Part shown: piece by piece, positions 61,725-64,000 of the stretch
How the letters are laid out: every line of letters begins with the position of its first letter
Position numbering within the stretch: the stretch's first letter is position 1
Notes under the pieces: model-generated
Seen by the model: the letters and a program-made list of their open reading frames with translations, nothing else
What the model was told of the DNA's origin: nothing
Database searches by the model: none
Translations under genes and position numbers: made by a program
Assembly (NCBI RefSeq): GCF_963921235.1
Contig: NC_086100.1
Location: 199,890,001 to 199,954,000 of the forward strand
Direction: 5' to 3'
Length of the DNA stretch: 64,000 nt
DNA from: Mobula hypostoma
Taxonomy: Eukaryota

Positions 61725-63957
61725 AAAATGCATTTGTGTAGAGAACAGATCGATACATTTGTGTAGGCAACTGATCAATACGCAGACATAGACAACAGAT
61801 CAGTACGCATGTGTAGACAAGAGTTCAATCCGTTTGTGCAGATAACGGTTCGATACGCAGTTGCAAACACAAAATCAATACGCAAGTGTAGACAACAGTT
61901 CGATATATTCCTGTAGACAACAGATCGATATGCAGTCGTAGATATCAGATCAATACATTTGTATGTGTAGTCACCAGATCCATACGCATGTGTAGACAAC
62001 AGGTCAAAATGTATGTAAGGCAGATTGAAGTGAATTGAATCTGACACCACTGTGTCAGAGAGATGACTTATTCCCTCGTTATTGTTTGAGATAAGGCTCA
62101 TCAATGTAGTGTTTTTGGCAAATTTAATTAGGAGATTGGAGCTCTGGGTGCAATACAGTTATGGGCATTTAGGGAGTAAAGGATGGGACTCAGTACACAG
62201 CCCTGAGGGGCTCCTGTATTGAGAGTCAGAGTGCTGGAGGTGAGGGATCCCACTCTTACAAACTGCTGGCAATCTGTCTGGAAGTCCAGGACCCAGCTGC
62301 ACAAGGCAGGGTCACGGCCGATGGCTCTGAGCTTCATGTCGAGCCTGGATGGAACTATGGTGTTGAATGCTGATCTGTAGTCCAAGAGCAGCTTTCTGAC
62401 GTAAACGTCAATAAGCTTGTGTAAACAACAGATAAATATGAATGTGTAGATAACAGATCGACATGTTTGTGTAGACAACAGATCAATACACATGTGTAGA
62501 CAAGAGATCAATATGCATCTGCAAAAAAATATATCGATACCTTTGAATAGACAACAGATGTGTAGTCAACAGATGTCAACAGATGTGTAGTCATTAGATC
62601 AATACATTTGTGTAGACAACAAATCAATGTACATGTGTAGACAATAGATCGATACACATGAGTGGATATCAGATCAATACAAATGTGTAGACAACAGATC
62701 AACGCGTTTGTGTAGACAACAGATCGATACGCATGTGTAGACAACATATCGATATGCACGTGCAGAAAACATCAATACGCAGTTGTAGACAATGGATCAA
62801 TACATTTGTGCAGAGAAAAGATTGATACATTGTGCAGACAAGAGGTGAATACGCAGATGTAGACAACAGATCGATATGCTGTTGTAGACAACAGGTCAGT
62901 AGGCTTCTGTAGGCAACAGATCAATACACGTGTGGACAACAGTTCGATACACTTAAGTAGGCAACAGTTTGATATGCATGTGTAGACGACAGATCGATAT
63001 GCATGTATAGACAACTGATCAATACACAGTTGCAGACAACAGATCAATGCATTTGTGTAGACAACAGGTTGATACGCATGTGTAGACAAAAAATTGATAC
63101 ATTTGTGTAGACAATCGATCGATACGCAGGTGTAGACAACAGATCAATACATTTGTCTAGTCAAAGATCAATACACGTGTATACAACAGATCAATATGGA
63201 TGTGCAGACAACAGATCGTTACACATGTATAGACAACAGATCAATACATTTGTGTAGACAACAGATGAATACACAGACGTAGACAACAGATTGATATGCC
63301 ATTGTAGACAACAGATCAATACATTTGTCTAGACAAAGAAAAATACACATGTGTAGACAACAGATCAAAGTGTATGTGTAGACAACAGATCAATATGCAT
63401 GTGTAGACAACAGATTAATACATTTGTCTAGACAAAGTTCAATACACATGTGTAAACAACAGATCAATATGCATGTGTAGGCAACAGATCGATACACAGT
63501 TGTAGACAACAGATTCATACATTTGTGTAGACAACAGATCAATACGTTTGTGCAGGCAACAGATCGATACATTTGTGTGGACAACAAATCAATACACATG
63601 TGTAGACAATAGATCGACATGTTTGTGTAGACAACAGATCAACACACAGGTGTACACAACAGATCAATAGGCAAGTGTATAAAACAGATCAATATGGCTG
63701 TGTAGATGACAGATCGATACATTTGTGTAGACAACAGATCGATAAGGCTGTGTAGACAACAAATCAATACATTTGTGTGGAGAACAGATCGATATATTTC
63801 TGTAGACAACAGATCGATATGTCTATGTAGACAACAAATCAATACATTTGTGCAGTCAACAGATCGATACGTCTGTGTAGACAGCAAATCAATATGGTTG
63901 TGCTGTCAACAGATCCATACTCGTGCAGACAGCAGATCAAAATGTATGTGTAGACGG
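61725..63957. repeat. 25-bp minisatellite, right block
   Basis: Dozens of tandem GTAGACAACAGATCRAT-cored units. Confidence 0.95.
62025..62405 (-). mobile_element. Rex1/Babar-like RT fragment inserted in the minisatellite
   Basis: LLDYRSAFNTIVP..LCSWVLDF..TGAPQGCVLSPILYSL. Confidence 0.85.
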
Positions 63958-64000
63958 ATTGAATTGAATTCAATTGTCTTTATTTCTTACATCCTTCACA

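Noticed and set aside
62128..63887. Cys/His-rich ORFs resembling zinc fingers
   Set aside because: They are translations of the 25-bp repeat, which is not a multiple of 3, and lack C2H2 spacing.
56941..63957. CRISPR-like array
   Set aside because: The period is 25 bp with ~8-bp related spacers, there are no cas genes, and the context is vertebrate: it is a minisatellite.

Overview
This is eukaryotic, non-genic, almost entirely transposon-derived DNA. The mix of CR1/HER1-type LINEs with (TTTCTATG)n tails, V-SINE-like elements and Penelope pLTRs suggests a cartilaginous fish, probably a ray (inference). No intact host gene could be identified. Main components: many CR1-clade LINE copies from at least 3 subfamilies; Penelope-like elements (PLEs, GIY-YIG); Rex1/Babar fragments; a decayed class I-like endogenous retrovirus (~4.35-8.0 kb); a full-length Gypsy element with PNMA-type gag (19497-31376) carrying nested CR1, L1 and PLE inserts; a second Gypsy remnant; solo LTRs; RTE-related short elements; a G-rich tract; and a 25-bp minisatellite. 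The most notable signal is a minimal type I hammerhead ribozyme motif (AGTC-CTGACGA-AGG..CCT-GAAA-CGTC-GACT) at the PLE ends. It also occurs in short, TSD-flanked, non-coding inserts, two of which are ~240-bp palindromes with a hammerhead-like motif on each strand. All family assignments come from motif recognition by eye. No database search was run and many boundaries are approximate.
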